The notes beneath the pieces are model-generated. The model ran no database searches, had not been told where the DNA came from, and was given only the letters and a program-made list of their open reading frames with translations. A DNA stretch of 55,109 nucleotides, counting the filler, from Dirinaria sp. TL-2023a (lineage: Eukaryota): NCBI GenBank assembly GCA_051941275.1. It is 4 parts of 4 records of this genome, joined end to end, with 100 filler letters (N's around TTAATTAATTAA, not from the genome) between each part and the next. Parts side by side here need not be neighbours in the genome. Positions count along the whole stretch, not along the records: positions 1 to 13,743 come from JAVEBF010000661.1; 3 more parts are not named here. One strand, 5' to 3'. Positions within the stretch are counted from its first letter, which is position 1. Each line of letters opens with the position of its first letter. Made by a program: the position numbers and the translations under genes. Positions 1 to 11,626 of this stretch are shown here, piece by piece.

Positions 1-391
1 GTGGGATGGGGATTGAATTATTATTATTGAGCTGAGTTGAGTTGAAAGGGTTTGGGGATGTTTATCCTGGGGATATTTATCCTAGGGAACATGATGATAC
101 CTACTGTAGGTGATGTAAAGGTACTTCAAGAACAACGGTTCGGCTCGACTTACTCCTTTCTAGGTATCTCTGCATGCAGAGTGTCTTCATATTTGGGTTT
201 ATTCAATGGAAATTGAAAGGCAGTCCAGTTGGGAAGGATGAAGATCTCAGCTCTACTATCTATCATGTTCTCTTTAAGCCATATCGGCTAAGCTATACAT
301 ACATATGCATTGTAGCGCGATAGCCCTCTCATATCCGAATAGCAAGCAACCTATACAACGCAAACTCAAGACATCAACAGGGTTATTACTA

Positions 392-2238
392 TTACTGTAC
401 CTGTTTGACCTTACATTTCCAACCGGACTCCTTGCTCAATAAAGGTAGACTAAATCGCCCCATATCAGCAACTTTTCTCACTGCAATAATGTCTCGGCCG
501 CGGGGGGGTTCAAACGTGTTCAGAAAACTTGGATCTTGACTCACCTAGCACCCAAACACCATCCTAGCTCATTATCCTTGATCTTCTTGGCGATTCGCAC
601 TTCCCTCTGACTCGGCATCTCATAACCCGTATGCAGCAACGCCATCATGAAATTCAGATCCAAACACCACTCCGGTCGGTCTTCCAACTCGGCCAACGCG
701 CCTTTGACCCCCTCGAACGCTTTCCACCCGCTCTTGCCTTCGCACACTTTTGCCGTCGTATCCCGGAGCTCGGCGAGGGTGTACGACTCCGGCATACCCA
801 GAGGCGCGGTGCGATCGTAGAAGTAGCTGAAAATGTATATATCCTCTTGCGCAAACGTTTTAGACAACGATGGCTGGTGCACGCCTTTGAAACTGCATGG
901 CGCGAGCGCGCACGGGGCATCTTTCTCCAGGATCTTCTCGGCCAGACCACGACATTGCGCAGGACTGCCATCCGTAGGGCCGACCATGTTGACAGTAATC
1001 TCCCCAGTGCCTTCCATGCTGACTTTGACCTCGCGAGATGTGCCTGCCGCGAGGCAAGGGTTCTGAATGGGTTTGGTGTGCCAGTCTGGATTAGAATCGT
1101 CGGCAGCCTCTTTCTTGGCTTGAACCACAACTTTGTGGATTGCTTCTCGCGCCGCCATCAGACCATACCCAAGATGAGAATGCTGGTAGAGCTCAAAATG
1201 ACGGCCGCCAAAGGTAAGGGAGTATTTGTGGTCGCCTTCGGCTAGCTTCTCGGGCATTCCTCCAGCAGGAGCTTTAAATGTGGGTTCAAATACAATTTGT
1301 GTAGAGCCACCACCGAGGTCAAAGATTGCCGCCGTGGGGCTTTTGTCCGGTCCACCGATCTTTCCTAGCAAATAGTTGGTGGTGATCCATGCGTAGACGC
1401 CTTCATCTTTGCCATCTATTACCTCCACGCCGTTTTCTTCAACCACAGGGAATGGATAGACGGTCTCAAGCCGGTTCCTAACCGCGGCCAGGATTTTGGC
1501 GCTCATCTCTTCACCGAGCATCCGAAGACCTGCGGTAGCTTTGACTGCCACAGGCGAGCAGGACTGATATTTCTCCGGGACAGTCTTCACGGCCACATCC
1601 ATGAGCACGTCTAAACTCCTCGCCGCTCCTTCAGCATCCGACTTGTAGGAACTAAGACCCGAGCCGCCTTCTTTTTTCTCGGTCATCTTAAACTCCTCAT
1701 TCTCAAGCTCCGGCGTCGGACCGCAATTGTTGAATTTATAAACGTGAATTCGTGAGCCGGTGCTACCGGCATCAATCATTAGGGCATACTGTATTAAAGG
1801 TTTGCTCGAAGAGTATGACCTCGAGCATTTTGCAGTCTCCGCGGAGGGGTCGGCTGCGATTTGGCCGCCATGACCTATTTTTCAATCAGTATCACTTAAG
1901 AGTGGCTTGAGGGAAGGGACCTCAATTTGCATCTACGCACCCTTCACTAATTCCCCAACACCTGCAGCCTTTTTCCCAGAGAATAGGTACAGAATAAATA
2001 CAACGAACGCAATGATCGCTCCACTTTTGTAGTATCGAGAACGCTGACTTGGCGTCATCCAGGCGCCTTCCCGATGGCTATCCACTTTGCCGCCTCTTAT
2101 GGGACCGCTCTTTTGATAAATGTCGCGACCACTGTTGTTGCGCGTGGGCAACGATATCGAGCGCCTCCTAGGGGTTGTACCAAAACTGATGTAAGACCAC
2201 AAGCTTGGGCGGCGGCGGGCGTCAATCGCTGTGGACAT
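392..2238 (-). CDS. GDA1: Golgi guanosine diphosphatase (GDA1/CD39 apyrase family), 3 exons (2238-1941, 1874-545, 449-392)
   Basis: Apyrase conserved regions IDAGSTGSR, KATAGLR, DGKDEGVYAW, DLGGGSTQ, GWCLGA; N-terminal type II TM (GAIIAFVVFILYLF). GT-AG introns 1940-1875 and 544-450 give the C-terminus SLPLLSKESGWKCKVKQVQ*. Confidence 0.93.
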
Positions 2239-2922
2239 AAGAAAGAGAGGAAAAGGGGGCGCTGCGAAGAACTGAACTGGAAAATCTGGCGAACTCCGGA
2301 CACGAGGCGTGATCGAGATAGGAGGCGACGGGAAGGAGCAATTTCAGAAACGAATGAAGGCTATTTTGGAAGGAATAGCAGCGGTGACGTGGTGTGTTGG
2401 GAAAATCTGGCACAGCTGGTTGACGGTTTGTGGATGTCGAGTGCTAGTGCTTCGGTTTAGGTCTCGACAAGGATCTGTCACTTTTATTCTACGGCGGGCG
2501 CCAACTCGGATCGCGCAATCGTCGAGCGCCAAGGAGCAGGGATAACCATCTATGCAGTCCATATGTGGTAGAATGAGATGATTCTTGCAAGATATGGTGA
2601 GAGTGTCACGGGAAAAAAGGCGCTTCAAGATGCACTGTCAAAGTCAAGGCAATGTATACTGTGCAGATGATAGACTGTGAAATAGTCAATTCATTGAACC
2701 GTTGCCAGGCTACAAGCTGTAAAATATACCAATGGTTCTCGTACCAACTGATGCTCCGTGAGTAAGGACTACCTAAGTCCTCAAGATGCTATTACCAGTA
2801 CCTGTGATCCCTCTCTACCTTAAGCGCCAGGCTGTAATAATAGTACTATGCTACGCTCCAAAAAAATGCATTGAGGTATTGTCTCGGTATAAAACTCCCC
2901 ACTACCTTGATACGCCGCAGCT

Positions 2923-5295
2923 CTAATTTGCAGTCACCATGGAGGATACTTGCCCCATACCTTTACTGCCCCGGCGGGGACTCCCGAATCCAGTGCGTGT
3001 TGGTGTTCGCACAGTCGGTACGGTCTGGCGCTTTTCTTTCGAAGCTTCCTCTGGTGCGGGAGCGTGCAAAGCCACCTCGGAAGCTGGTGCTCCAGAATCG
3101 AGCGATTGAGCTACCTTTTGCGACAAGGGCTGATCCGACTTGGCTAGATTTCTATTTTGGGCATGCTCAGCGACTTGCAAGGTAAGCGCTGATGGCGACA
3201 CCTGCTCTGGAGGGATATATGTTGATACGTCGGTGGCGGACTTTGAAATACCTTCAGTATCAGCTTCGGCCTCATTTCTGTCGGATGGAGCCTCGATCGC
3301 TATTTCCTGCTTGTCTGGAAGGTCTTCCTGCGTATGCTCAGTCTTTTCTGGACTTTGTTCGACCGAAGCCAGCAAAATCCGCTCCGTATTCCCTCGATTA
3401 TCGGTAGCTTCCTCTAGCCCTGCTTGCGGCGTCTCTGGCATATTCCGCGCAACTTCAGCAGCATTATTCTCTGTGCTCGACAGTAGCGTGGTAACAAGAT
3501 GATGCTCTGGTGCCTTCGCCTCACTCTCTTCAGCATCTGGTACAGATGGTGGCGGCGTGATCTGCTCGTAGAATAGCATGAAGACCCCACCCTGCGACAA
3601 GACAACGTTTTCGCTGACCTGCGAAACATCCTCATCGCTAAGCCGCCACCACGAGCCCTTTGGATCAGACGAAGGGTACCTCCTATAACAGATATAGTGC
3701 CCATTTTCGTGCCTGCCGTAGTGTGTAACGACAGCACGTAGCTCGTACTCTTTCCGCAAGTGCATCGGGCCGTCCTGAATATCCGGAGACAGCATGGATC
3801 GAGCTGGGTCTATTGTCCATTGCTCTGTCGCCTCTGTCTCAGAGTCCGAAACGACCCCTCCACCTAGACACCAAGAGCTGAGGTCGAGCTTGTCGGGAAA
3901 TCTAACATCTGCAAAATTCTTGGTCTGGGCACCAGTGAGCTCATCAAAGACACTCCGGTTGACGTGAATAGCTAGCGACCTAGGCGCTCGAGCTATGACT
4001 GCTTGCCGTGATTTAGTTGTTGATATCCGGCTCTTCGAGTTGATCTGGCACTTCTTCGAAAGAGTACTATCTGAGAAATCTTCATCTGCTAGGGCAATCT
4101 TCACAGCACTGAGTCTTTCCTGCAGCGACGCTTCAAGCACTTGAGGCAATTGCGGTGCATGAGAAGCGTCATCTTCATTTTTGTGAGCTTGAATCCGGGC
4201 GAGCAGCCGTTCTAGTTGTCGCCGCGTATGTAAAAGAGTGCATTTAGCACATTCTACGCCATTGATGGGCTCGAGGCCGGTATATTCATCAAGGCAAGAG
4301 CGGATGTCGTATGTCCACTGTCTGCCTAATGGGACTGTGAGACAATTGAAAGGGATGAGGGACAAGCCTTCAACGTAGCCACATTGCAAACAACCAACTC
4401 GCTGGGCTAAGAGACCTTCTAAGGGGTTTCGTATTATCATAGAGGCGAGTTCTCCCGGAAGTGTAAATATCCGACTGCGGGTAGAACTTCTAGCCTTGCT
4501 GGAGGCCACACGGTCCGATGATAGGCTTAAGTCTATTTTCGGAAGCTTTTCTTCTAGATCTGCCAGGGACGCAAGTCCAGCGCACTTTGAAGGTCCCGGA
4601 GCAGACTTGGAAAGCTCTTTCTCCACCTCATCGAGCACCTTCGAAAAGTATTCTTGTGCATCCTGCTGTTGCCAACTACTCATGCTCTTGAGAATAGCCG
4701 GCGTCCAAAACATCTTCCCCGCGTTGGACCCGTCATTTAGCCTTGACAGTAGATCTCGAAGAGCCACTCTCATCGATTCACCAGCTTCCGCAGACTTGTT
4801 TTGATCGATGTAGTCAGGTAAGGACCGAAGCGAGGCGAGACCCTGAAGAATACTATTCTGATAGCAGGAGTTGTCCCAGTTCCCCAAGCCCGGTGGAGCA
4901 TTGCTCGGTGTTGCTTTTACCACGGCACCGACGCCCGGTAGACTCCTGACCCTCTGAACGTTTGTCATGATTCCTGCGCCATCCAAGCCTAATATGTGCC
5001 TCATGGCTTCGCTCTTTTTCGCATACCCAACAGACCGGGAACTGTTATCGCTCAAACCGGCTTCGGAAGATGCCCAATCTGATGACGGATGTAGGAAGGA
5101 TATCACTCTAGAAGGGGTGATGTAGACGAGAGTGTTCCAGGCAAGCTCAGAGAAGGACAGCACAGGAAAGTCCAGGTATTGCAGGGTATAATAGACAAAC
5201 AAGACAAAGAGAACTGCATATGCAATGACGGTGGATGGGGCTGTGGAGGCTATCGAATGAGCGGTATCCAAATGTTGGCGGCTCGGAATAGTCAT
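2923..5295 (-). CDS. Ubiquitin-specific protease (peptidase C19) with N-terminal membrane anchor, Ubp16/USP30-like
   Basis: 790-aa single ORF. Cys box GLGNWDNSCYQNSILQ, QQDAQEY, His box VVTHYGRHENGHYICYR, WWRLSDE; hydrophobic segment VIAYAVLFVLFVYYTL near the N-terminus; acidic low-complexity tail. Confidence 0.88.
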   Translation of the reverse strand: MTIPSRQHLDTAHSIASTAPSTVIAYAVLFVLFVYYTLQYLDFPVLSFSELAWNTLVYITPSRVISFLHPSSDWASSEAGLSDNSSRSVGYAKKSEAMRHILGLDGAGIMTNVQRVRSLPGVGAVVKATPSNAPPGLGNWDNSCYQNSILQGLASLRSLPDYIDQNKSAEAGESMRVALRDLLSRLNDGSNAGKMFWTPAILKSMSSWQQQDAQEYFSKVLDEVEKELSKSAPGPSKCAGLASLADLEEKLPKIDLSLSSDRVASSKARSSTRSRIFTLPGELASMIIRNPLEGLLAQRVGCLQCGYVEGLSLIPFNCLTVPLGRQWTYDIRSCLDEYTGLEPINGVECAKCTLLHTRRQLERLLARIQAHKNEDDASHAPQLPQVLEASLQERLSAVKIALADEDFSDSTLSKKCQINSKSRISTTKSRQAVIARAPRSLAIHVNRSVFDELTGAQTKNFADVRFPDKLDLSSWCLGGGVVSDSETEATEQWTIDPARSMLSPDIQDGPMHLRKEYELRAVVTHYGRHENGHYICYRRYPSSDPKGSWWRLSDEDVSQVSENVVLSQGGVFMLFYEQITPPPSVPDAEESEAKAPEHHLVTTLLSSTENNAAEVARNMPETPQAGLEEATDNRGNTERILLASVEQSPEKTEHTQEDLPDKQEIAIEAPSDRNEAEADTEGISKSATDVSTYIPPEQVSPSALTLQVAEHAQNRNLAKSDQPLSQKVAQSLDSGAPASEVALHAPAPEEASKEKRQTVPTVRTPTRTGFGSPRRGSKGMGQVSSMVTAN

Positions 5296-5768
5296 GGTGG
5301 AAACTGAGTTTCGTCACCGACGGAGAGGCTTGTTCCTAACCATCCGATCGCGGCACTTACTTATGGAGAGATGGTGGCCATGTAGAAAGAGCAGAAGTAG
5401 TGGTTTTAAGATAGTAAGCTTTGGAAAATTCGAGAATGATACTTCAACATTAGTACTGGTGTTCCGTGTGGGAAACTGCTGTGGGATAAAGGGCGGGCAG
5501 GTGTATTTTGACGGTTAGCAATCCATTAATATTATTGGGCTTTTACCTAAGGTACTTTAGGCTATCATAGTTACCCTTAGATTGGACATCGGTGGCGTGC
5601 ATTAGCTCCCGCCGAGCTTTCTGGCCCGCATCTTCGGCCACAGTAGCCGATTTTATTAGGGGCGCAGTCTGATGACGATTGCCTGCAAGTGTCAAAGCTA
5701 TCACAGTACTCCGTAAGGTAAGTAGTATCGATTATTGCAAAAACAACACAATACAATATTAACATAAG

Positions 5769-6962
5769 ATGATACCTGCATTTCCCAAACCTTGTCCACT
5801 TTATGTATCCACCGTACTTCTCAAGCCCGCCCAACGCTCTCTTTCGTATTCATCCCTGCCCCCACCCCGCATAGGCTTTACCCAACTCACCTCTCGCCGC
5901 CTAATCGCCCTAGCCGGAAAAGACGCCCCTCATTTCCTGCAAGGCCTAACGACGCGCAACATTGCGCCTCGAGACTCGCGGCACGACCAAGACCCGTTCG
6001 AAGGCTTCTACTCCGCCTTCCTCAATGCGGCTGGCAGGGTCCTGCACGACGTCTTCATCTACCCTGGCGCGCATCACCACTACCTTCCCCAGGGCGATGA
6101 TCCGGGCTTCCTGATCGACGTCGATGCGAATGAAGCGGAGAGGCTGAGGAAACATTTGAAAAAATTCCAGCTGAAGGCGAAAGTTCAGGTGGAGGTATTG
6201 GACCAGCAGGCTTATGTGTGGAGTTTATGGCAGGAGGAGAAGAATGATAGCCTACCTCGGTTCCTGGGTCGGAATATTAGATCTTATGATGGAAAAATCG
6301 CATATGCTTTGGATGCAAGAGCAGATGGGATGGGTGCGAGGGTTGTGCTACCGCATGGCAAGGATCCGATTCCGGATATGGGCGCCGAAGAATGTTCACT
6401 TGAGAGCTATCATGTGCGACGGGTTTTGAACGGAGTGGCTGAAGGCCAGGGCGAGATACGGCGCGAAGCAGCGCTGCCACTCGAAAGTAACATGGATTAC
6501 ATGGGCGGAATCGACTTTCGGAAAGGCTGCTACGTGGGTCAGGAGCTTACCATCAGGACACATCATACGGGCGTGGTACGCAAACGTATACTCCCTGTTC
6601 AGCTCTACGACTCGGATCGGCCTCCGGAACATCTGCAATATGATGCTGGCGCGCTTGTAACCATGCCCCCCTCAGGGACCGATATCAAGCGACTGAATGG
6701 GGAGGGTAGGAGTACCGGCAAGTGGTTAGGTGGAGTGGGTAATCTTGGGCTGGCGTTGTGCAGACTGGAAAACATGACCGATATTACATTGACTGGAGAA
6801 AGCAATCAGTGGCATCCAGAACTTGAGTTTGCAATGTCATGGGGGCAGGAAGGCGAAGCGCCAGAAAAAGTGAAAGTGAAAGCCTTTATACCACATTGGC
6901 ACAGGAACAGATCTAGCGCCAGAGACATACATAATGGTATTCTCAATGCAAATACATCGTAG
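5769..6962 (+). CDS. IBA57: Mitochondrial Fe-S assembly factor IBA57/CAF17 (YgfZ/GcvT family)
   Basis: Signature KGCYVGQELTIR, FLQGLTT, FLNAAGRVLHD; basic/hydroxylated presequence-like N-terminus; 397-aa intronless ORF. Confidence 0.92.
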   Translation: MIPAFPKPCPLYVSTVLLKPAQRSLSYSSLPPPRIGFTQLTSRRLIALAGKDAPHFLQGLTTRNIAPRDSRHDQDPFEGFYSAFLNAAGRVLHDVFIYPGAHHHYLPQGDDPGFLIDVDANEAERLRKHLKKFQLKAKVQVEVLDQQAYVWSLWQEEKNDSLPRFLGRNIRSYDGKIAYALDARADGMGARVVLPHGKDPIPDMGAEECSLESYHVRRVLNGVAEGQGEIRREAALPLESNMDYMGGIDFRKGCYVGQELTIRTHHTGVVRKRILPVQLYDSDRPPEHLQYDAGALVTMPPSGTDIKRLNGEGRSTGKWLGGVGNLGLALCRLENMTDITLTGESNQWHPELEFAMSWGQEGEAPEKVKVKAFIPHWHRNRSSARDIHNGILNANTS

Positions 6963-7123
6963 CAATTATATTTCGATTGTGCATCGGGACCGCAATGCAA
7001 TTTATTGAGTTACCGAAGTAAAAAAAATGCCAGAAAGACTTATACTTGGGGTATCTTTGGAAACAACCTAGGCGCCATCGCTCAATGCGTAAAGCACGAT
7101 TCCAGCTCCAGACTTTGACAAAC

Positions 7124-8347
7124 TCAAGAGGTGGCCGATTCAGCTGCAGCTGCTTCCTCGTCCTGGCGTCGGATTTCATCGGCCAATCGCTTCTTTTCAG
7201 CATTCCTCAATCGGATCATCGTCATTTCTTCCAGGCTTGGACTGCCTCCGCCCAAGCTGTCACCGAGCGGTGAACCATGGGGATTTTTCGACTTAGTTGC
7301 AGAAAATGAAGAAAATGAAGGCATTTTGTGAAGACGCTCTCCGGAGCCGTTAACAGCTGGCAACGGTGTTGAAGGATTGCTGTCGAGGTTGAAGAATGCT
7401 GAGCGGCTAGTCTTCGACACATTAGACAAAGGCGTCGATGGCGCGGAACCAGCCTCACTACCACCGTTCTGGTAACTGCTAATGAAGTCAGGCTCCTTGT
7501 TCGCAGCCCATTTGACAGAGTCGAATACCGCCCATTCGGTACCTGTCTGCTTGGGAAAGTCCTCAACTGCCGCATGAGCGCCAACCACAGACGAGTACTG
7601 CACCATGCAAATTGATGCCAGTTCCTTTTTGTTCTTCTTCCCAAATTTCATCGGTTTGGGATTGAGCAGGTGCACGCCCTCAATCCTGCCAAATGTTGAG
7701 AAGAGTTTCTCTATATAGTCTTCACCTATTGGCTCGCCCAGACTGTTTCGTGCCCAGCGTACCTTGACCGTCCGATCGATTTCAGAGACTTGCATTTGTG
7801 CCTTTGACTCCCCATCACTGGGGGTAGCGCTGCTGGGGGCAGGGCTGCCTGGATGATCACCTCCATACTCGGCTTCCTGTTTTACGACTTTCCTGAGAGC
7901 CTCTTCTCGTTCTTTCCGCAACCTTTTCCCATCTTCAGCCAACCTCCTGAGCTCTCTTTCCAATTTTATTTCGTTGTCCTCTTCTTCAGTCCTAGCTCGC
8001 TTAACGCCGCGTTCCCTGGCTTCCAAATCATCCTTCATCTGTCTTCGCTTGCCTTCGAAGAGCTCATTTTGCCGCTTCTTCTGCAAGCGGGCTGCTCTGG
8101 TGTTGTCGTAAAGCGCCTTGGTGGTGGGATCGGACAATAGATCGTACCCTACCTGCGCCAAATGAAACTTGTGCCTGGCGATTTCCTTGGCAGCAGGATC
8201 GCCAGTGACCTTATCCGGGTGATACTTGAGCGCTGTTTTCCTCCATGCTCGGTCAAGATCCTTCTGAGAGTTCTCGAAGGTGATACCTAACAACTCGTAG
8301 AAATCGGTGTCGGAGGTCGCATAGTCTTTGAGATCGTCTGAAGGCAT
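7124..8347 (-). CDS. CWC23: J-domain spliceosomal co-chaperone Cwc23/Cwf23 (DNAJC17-like)
   Basis: N-terminal J domain (DFYELLG...ALKYHPDK), charged coiled coil (RRQMKDDLEARERG), RRM-like segment (FSTFGRIEGV), C-terminal SLEEMTMIRLRNAEKKRL. Confidence 0.85.
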   Translation of the reverse strand: MPSDDLKDYATSDTDFYELLGITFENSQKDLDRAWRKTALKYHPDKVTGDPAAKEIARHKFHLAQVGYDLLSDPTTKALYDNTRAARLQKKRQNELFEGKRRQMKDDLEARERGVKRARTEEEDNEIKLERELRRLAEDGKRLRKEREEALRKVVKQEAEYGGDHPGSPAPSSATPSDGESKAQMQVSEIDRTVKVRWARNSLGEPIGEDYIEKLFSTFGRIEGVHLLNPKPMKFGKKNKKELASICMVQYSSVVGAHAAVEDFPKQTGTEWAVFDSVKWAANKEPDFISSYQNGGSEAGSAPSTPLSNVSKTSRSAFFNLDSNPSTPLPAVNGSGERLHKMPSFSSFSATKSKNPHGSPLGDSLGGGSPSLEEMTMIRLRNAEKKRLADEIRRQDEEAAAAESATS

Positions 8348-8858
8348 ATTTCAAAAATTACTGGGTGAAAAGCCAAGACGTTTGATCGGGCCTTAAAGAA
8401 GACCAGCGTGTACACTGTCCCACTGCCTTATAGTTGGGTAATTGAGCAAAAGATAATGTACGTTGTTTTGACTGCACCCACAAAAATCGAGCTAAGCCGA
8501 GTCTGGATTCTTGGAACATCGAGTGCCAAGGCGTGCGCTGCAGTCGAGATCCCATCAATAATCAAGGTTGAAGGATCTTTTTCCAGGAACAGCTAGCTAG
8601 GTAGCTTTACGCCCGATAAGTGCAACTCGGACTCGATTTGCTAGCCATAAGGCGCCTTGTGCCAGTGTTACTGTAGCTTCCTTTGACAGCATTTCTAAGC
8701 AAATCTAACTTTGGGAATATTATTTAATGCAAATTTGCTGACCAATCGAAACGCTCGCCATGCGGGGCACATCTGTGACGTTGTTGACGCGCAAATAGAT
8801 GCAGGATCACTAATCAATCAATTTACAGCAGACTTTAAGGTACAAGGAGAGTCTCGCT

Positions 8859-8859
<1 letters not shown>

Positions 8860-8887
<28 letters not shown>
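8860..8887 (+). repeat. T28 homopolymer
   Basis: Uninterrupted run of T ending 10 nt before the GST ATG at 8898. Confidence 0.95.
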
Positions 8888-8891
<4 letters not shown>

Positions 8892-8897
8892 CGCTTC

Positions 8898-10014
8898 ATG
8901 TTTCGCTCAGTCCAAAGACTTGCACTACATACATCGCATCTAAAGCCCAAAGTCCAATTCGTGCAGCCACCACAGCGAATCATCACTCGCAACATGTCTC
9001 ATCTGTGGGAAGATGCAACGCCGGCCGAGGTCAGGAACGCCAAGGTTGGTTCTTTGAGACCGTGTTCGAATAGTGAGGAATTTGCAGGGTGACTTTAATT
9101 GTGACAGGGTCTTCACTTGTTGACCATGAGTACCCCCAATGGCCAAAAAGTGCAGATCATGCTCGAGGAGCTCAAGGACATCTACGGCACTGAATGGACC
9201 GAGACGATCATGTCCGTCTCTTCAATCTAAATCGCTTCTTTCATCGTTCCATGCTGATACCTGTTGTCAGTAATATCATGAGCAACAAGCAGAAAGAGGA
9301 CTGGTTTCTCCGGCTTGATCCCAATGGTGATATTTGATTTAACCCAAGTAATCGAATCAGGAGATTCTGATACATTCAGGCCGAATTCCGGTTTTGGTCG
9401 ATCATACCCAGAATCCACCGTTTTGCGTTATGGAAACAAGCGCCGAATTGCTCTATCTGCTGAAGGAGTATGACAACAAGGATGTCTTCGGTTTCAAGGA
9501 TGAGCTCGAACGAAGCGAAGCGCTGCAATGGCTGTTCTTCTGGCACGGCAGCGGAGCACCGTACCAAGGCAAGTCAAGAATAGGCCTGTCCTCGTATATT
9601 TGATTAATTCCGCATTCAGGCCAAGTGAACCACTTTACCAAAGCCGCCAAAGAGAAGATCCCATGTGAGTCTCAATGACATGACTAATTCAACGGGCGTG
9701 TCTTGATCAACTATGCAGATGCAATTGAACGTTTCCGTAACGAAACTTTGCGAGTATACGGGGTTCTCGAGATTCGGCTTTCAGGCAAGTATACTGGCGA
9801 ACCGCGAGACTACCTGGCGGGTGCCGGCAAGGGGAAGTACTCGGTCGCAGATATTGGCACCTGGCCTTGGGTCAAAGGATGGGAGTTCTCGGGCTTCAGC
9901 AAGGAGGACATGGAGCCTTTCCCACACTTGCTGAAGTGGATCGACCGCATTGCTGCACGGCCGGCCGTCCAACGCGGCATCGGAGACAGGTACTCCAAAG
10001 ATAAGGCTATTTGA
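8898..10014 (+). CDS. Glutathione S-transferase, Ure2p-like/Nu class, 6 exons; second in-frame ATG at 8994
   Basis: Spliced product contains STPNGQKVQIMLEEL, DPNGRIPVLVD, METSAELLYL, QWLFFW, SVADIGTWPWV, WIDRIAARPAVQRG. Five introns, one of them GC-AG (9569-9619). Confidence 0.9.
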
Positions 10015-10144
10015 GAGACATCCAATGCTGTAGTTGAAGACGGCCATCCACCTTGGTCAATTCTAAATAGAAAGCCATGGAGATCATAATTTCAATTGAC
10101 GACCTTTCAGCCATCCTTATGGCTCGAATGCTTCGCGATTCTTA

Positions 10145-11335
10145 TTACTTGCTACGTGTTGCTCTCTCACAGCCATAGCATAGGATGGTCTTGCCATTCG
10201 AAATTGACGTTGTTTCGTTGATTGCGATTGTCGAAGCCTCCTGTTCTCCGGCCCAGGCGTGGTGTGACTTCTCCATAGGATGTCCACACAGGAGACACAA
10301 TTCTGAGCTCTTCGATAAAGGGAGTGGAAGCAATCTACCTGAGGTGCGGACAACATTAGCCACAATGCTAGGATAATTGTGCTCCACAGATTCGAAGTAC
10401 TGGCCCATTAAATCATCAATCGTAATATTCTTGGAGGAGGGGGGCTCATAGCTTGCTGACTCCTGCAGAAGAACTGAGGAATCTAGGGGCGGTTCCACCG
10501 TTTCTGCGTACATTAAAACTTCTTTCTTGAGTATATCTCGCATAGGATAGATGACTTTGAGGCCGCTACGCATGATGCCGTCAGCTGTGAGCCAGGGCAA
10601 GGAGCCGCCCCTCCCTTTCGCCGTTTCGGCTATAGTCTTCTGTGCTAGTCGAGTGGTTGTGTCTCCGAAAATGACTCCATAACATTGCTGCCGTTCAGCG
10701 AACGCAGAAATCAGACGCGTACGCAGGATGTTACTGATATCGACCCTTGATGAAGCTGAAGGCAATGACGATAGAATAGAAGTCAAAGTATCTCGGCGAG
10801 AAAACGATGGATTCTCTCCAAGGTGCCTGAAATCCTCAGATATTTGAGTTAAACATAATTCATCATAATTAAAAACTTCTTCAATCGGTATTATGGAGTA
10901 AGTATGTAAAGGAAAGCGCTGCCGAAGATTCGGCAGCAGTGCATCACAAGTCTCTCGACATGTCACGGCTTTCTCGTCAATGATCAGCACATGCAAAGTA
11001 TACGTAGTATGACCAGTTCTATCAATTTGAAATTGGAGATGCTGATCAAGCACGTGGAGTAGGGAAACAGAAGATACACCGAATGAGAGCGGAAGGAGCA
11101 ATTTGTTTGCAGCTTCATGGAACGAGCTCCGGATTTTGTTTGCTTCCATTCGTTTGGAGACCTTGGTCGCGACATATTTGTGGAAACATTTTCTTGCATT
11201 TTGGTAAGCTTGAGGCTGATAGGATGAAGTGGATAGAACAAACTTGCAGAGTTGTTCCGTGCGCACTACCAGGTCTGCCGCAGCAGAGCGACATCTTATG
11301 CACATACTAGGGTTTGCCTGCATCACTTCAGCCAT
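10145..11335 (-). CDS. NCS2: Cytoplasmic tRNA 2-thiolation protein 2 (Ncs2/Ctu2)
   Basis: N-terminal CxxC...C-x-x-C, LLPLSFGVSS, GDTTTRLAQKTIAETAKGRG, YPMRDILKKE, YPSIVANVVRT, C-terminal CLLC/CYGC; likely 51-nt intron 11243-11193. Confidence 0.9.
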   Translation of the reverse strand: MAEVMQANPSMCIRCRSAAADLVVRTEQLCKFVLSTSSYQPQAYQNARKCFHKYVATKVSKRMEANKIRSSFHEAANKLLLPLSFGVSSVSLLHVLDQHLQFQIDRTGHTTYTLHVLIIDEKAVTCRETCDALLPNLRQRFPLHTYSIIPIEEVFNYDELCLTQISEDFRHLGENPSFSRRDTLTSILSSLPSASSRVDISNILRTRLISAFAERQQCYGVIFGDTTTRLAQKTIAETAKGRGGSLPWLTADGIMRSGLKVIYPMRDILKKEVLMYAETVEPPLDSSVLLQESASYEPPSSKNITIDDLMGQYFESVEHNYPSIVANVVRTSGRLLPLPLSKSSELCLLCGHPMEKSHHAWAGEQEASTIAINETTSISNGKTILCYGCERATRSK

Positions 11336-11626
11336 GACAGGGTCCGAGGTGGCTATGCTGCAGCGAAAATGATCTCGCTGTCTGTTGAGTTGAGAACGAA
11401 AGGTGGCTCATCAAACAACTTCAAACTCTAGTGCGGCAGGTGGAAGCGCGCCTCGCGCGGCTATGCATGGGAAGGCTGAATCCTTAGCTTACACTTAGAA
11501 GACAGTCTGACACTCTTGCGTGTCATTGCGCCTTGGGTAGTTGGCACTCTGCCTATATACTCGTACCCTTTGCGAGAGCTTTGAGCACAGCTCTGTCGAA
11601 CGCGACGGCCTCATCAACGACCCAAG

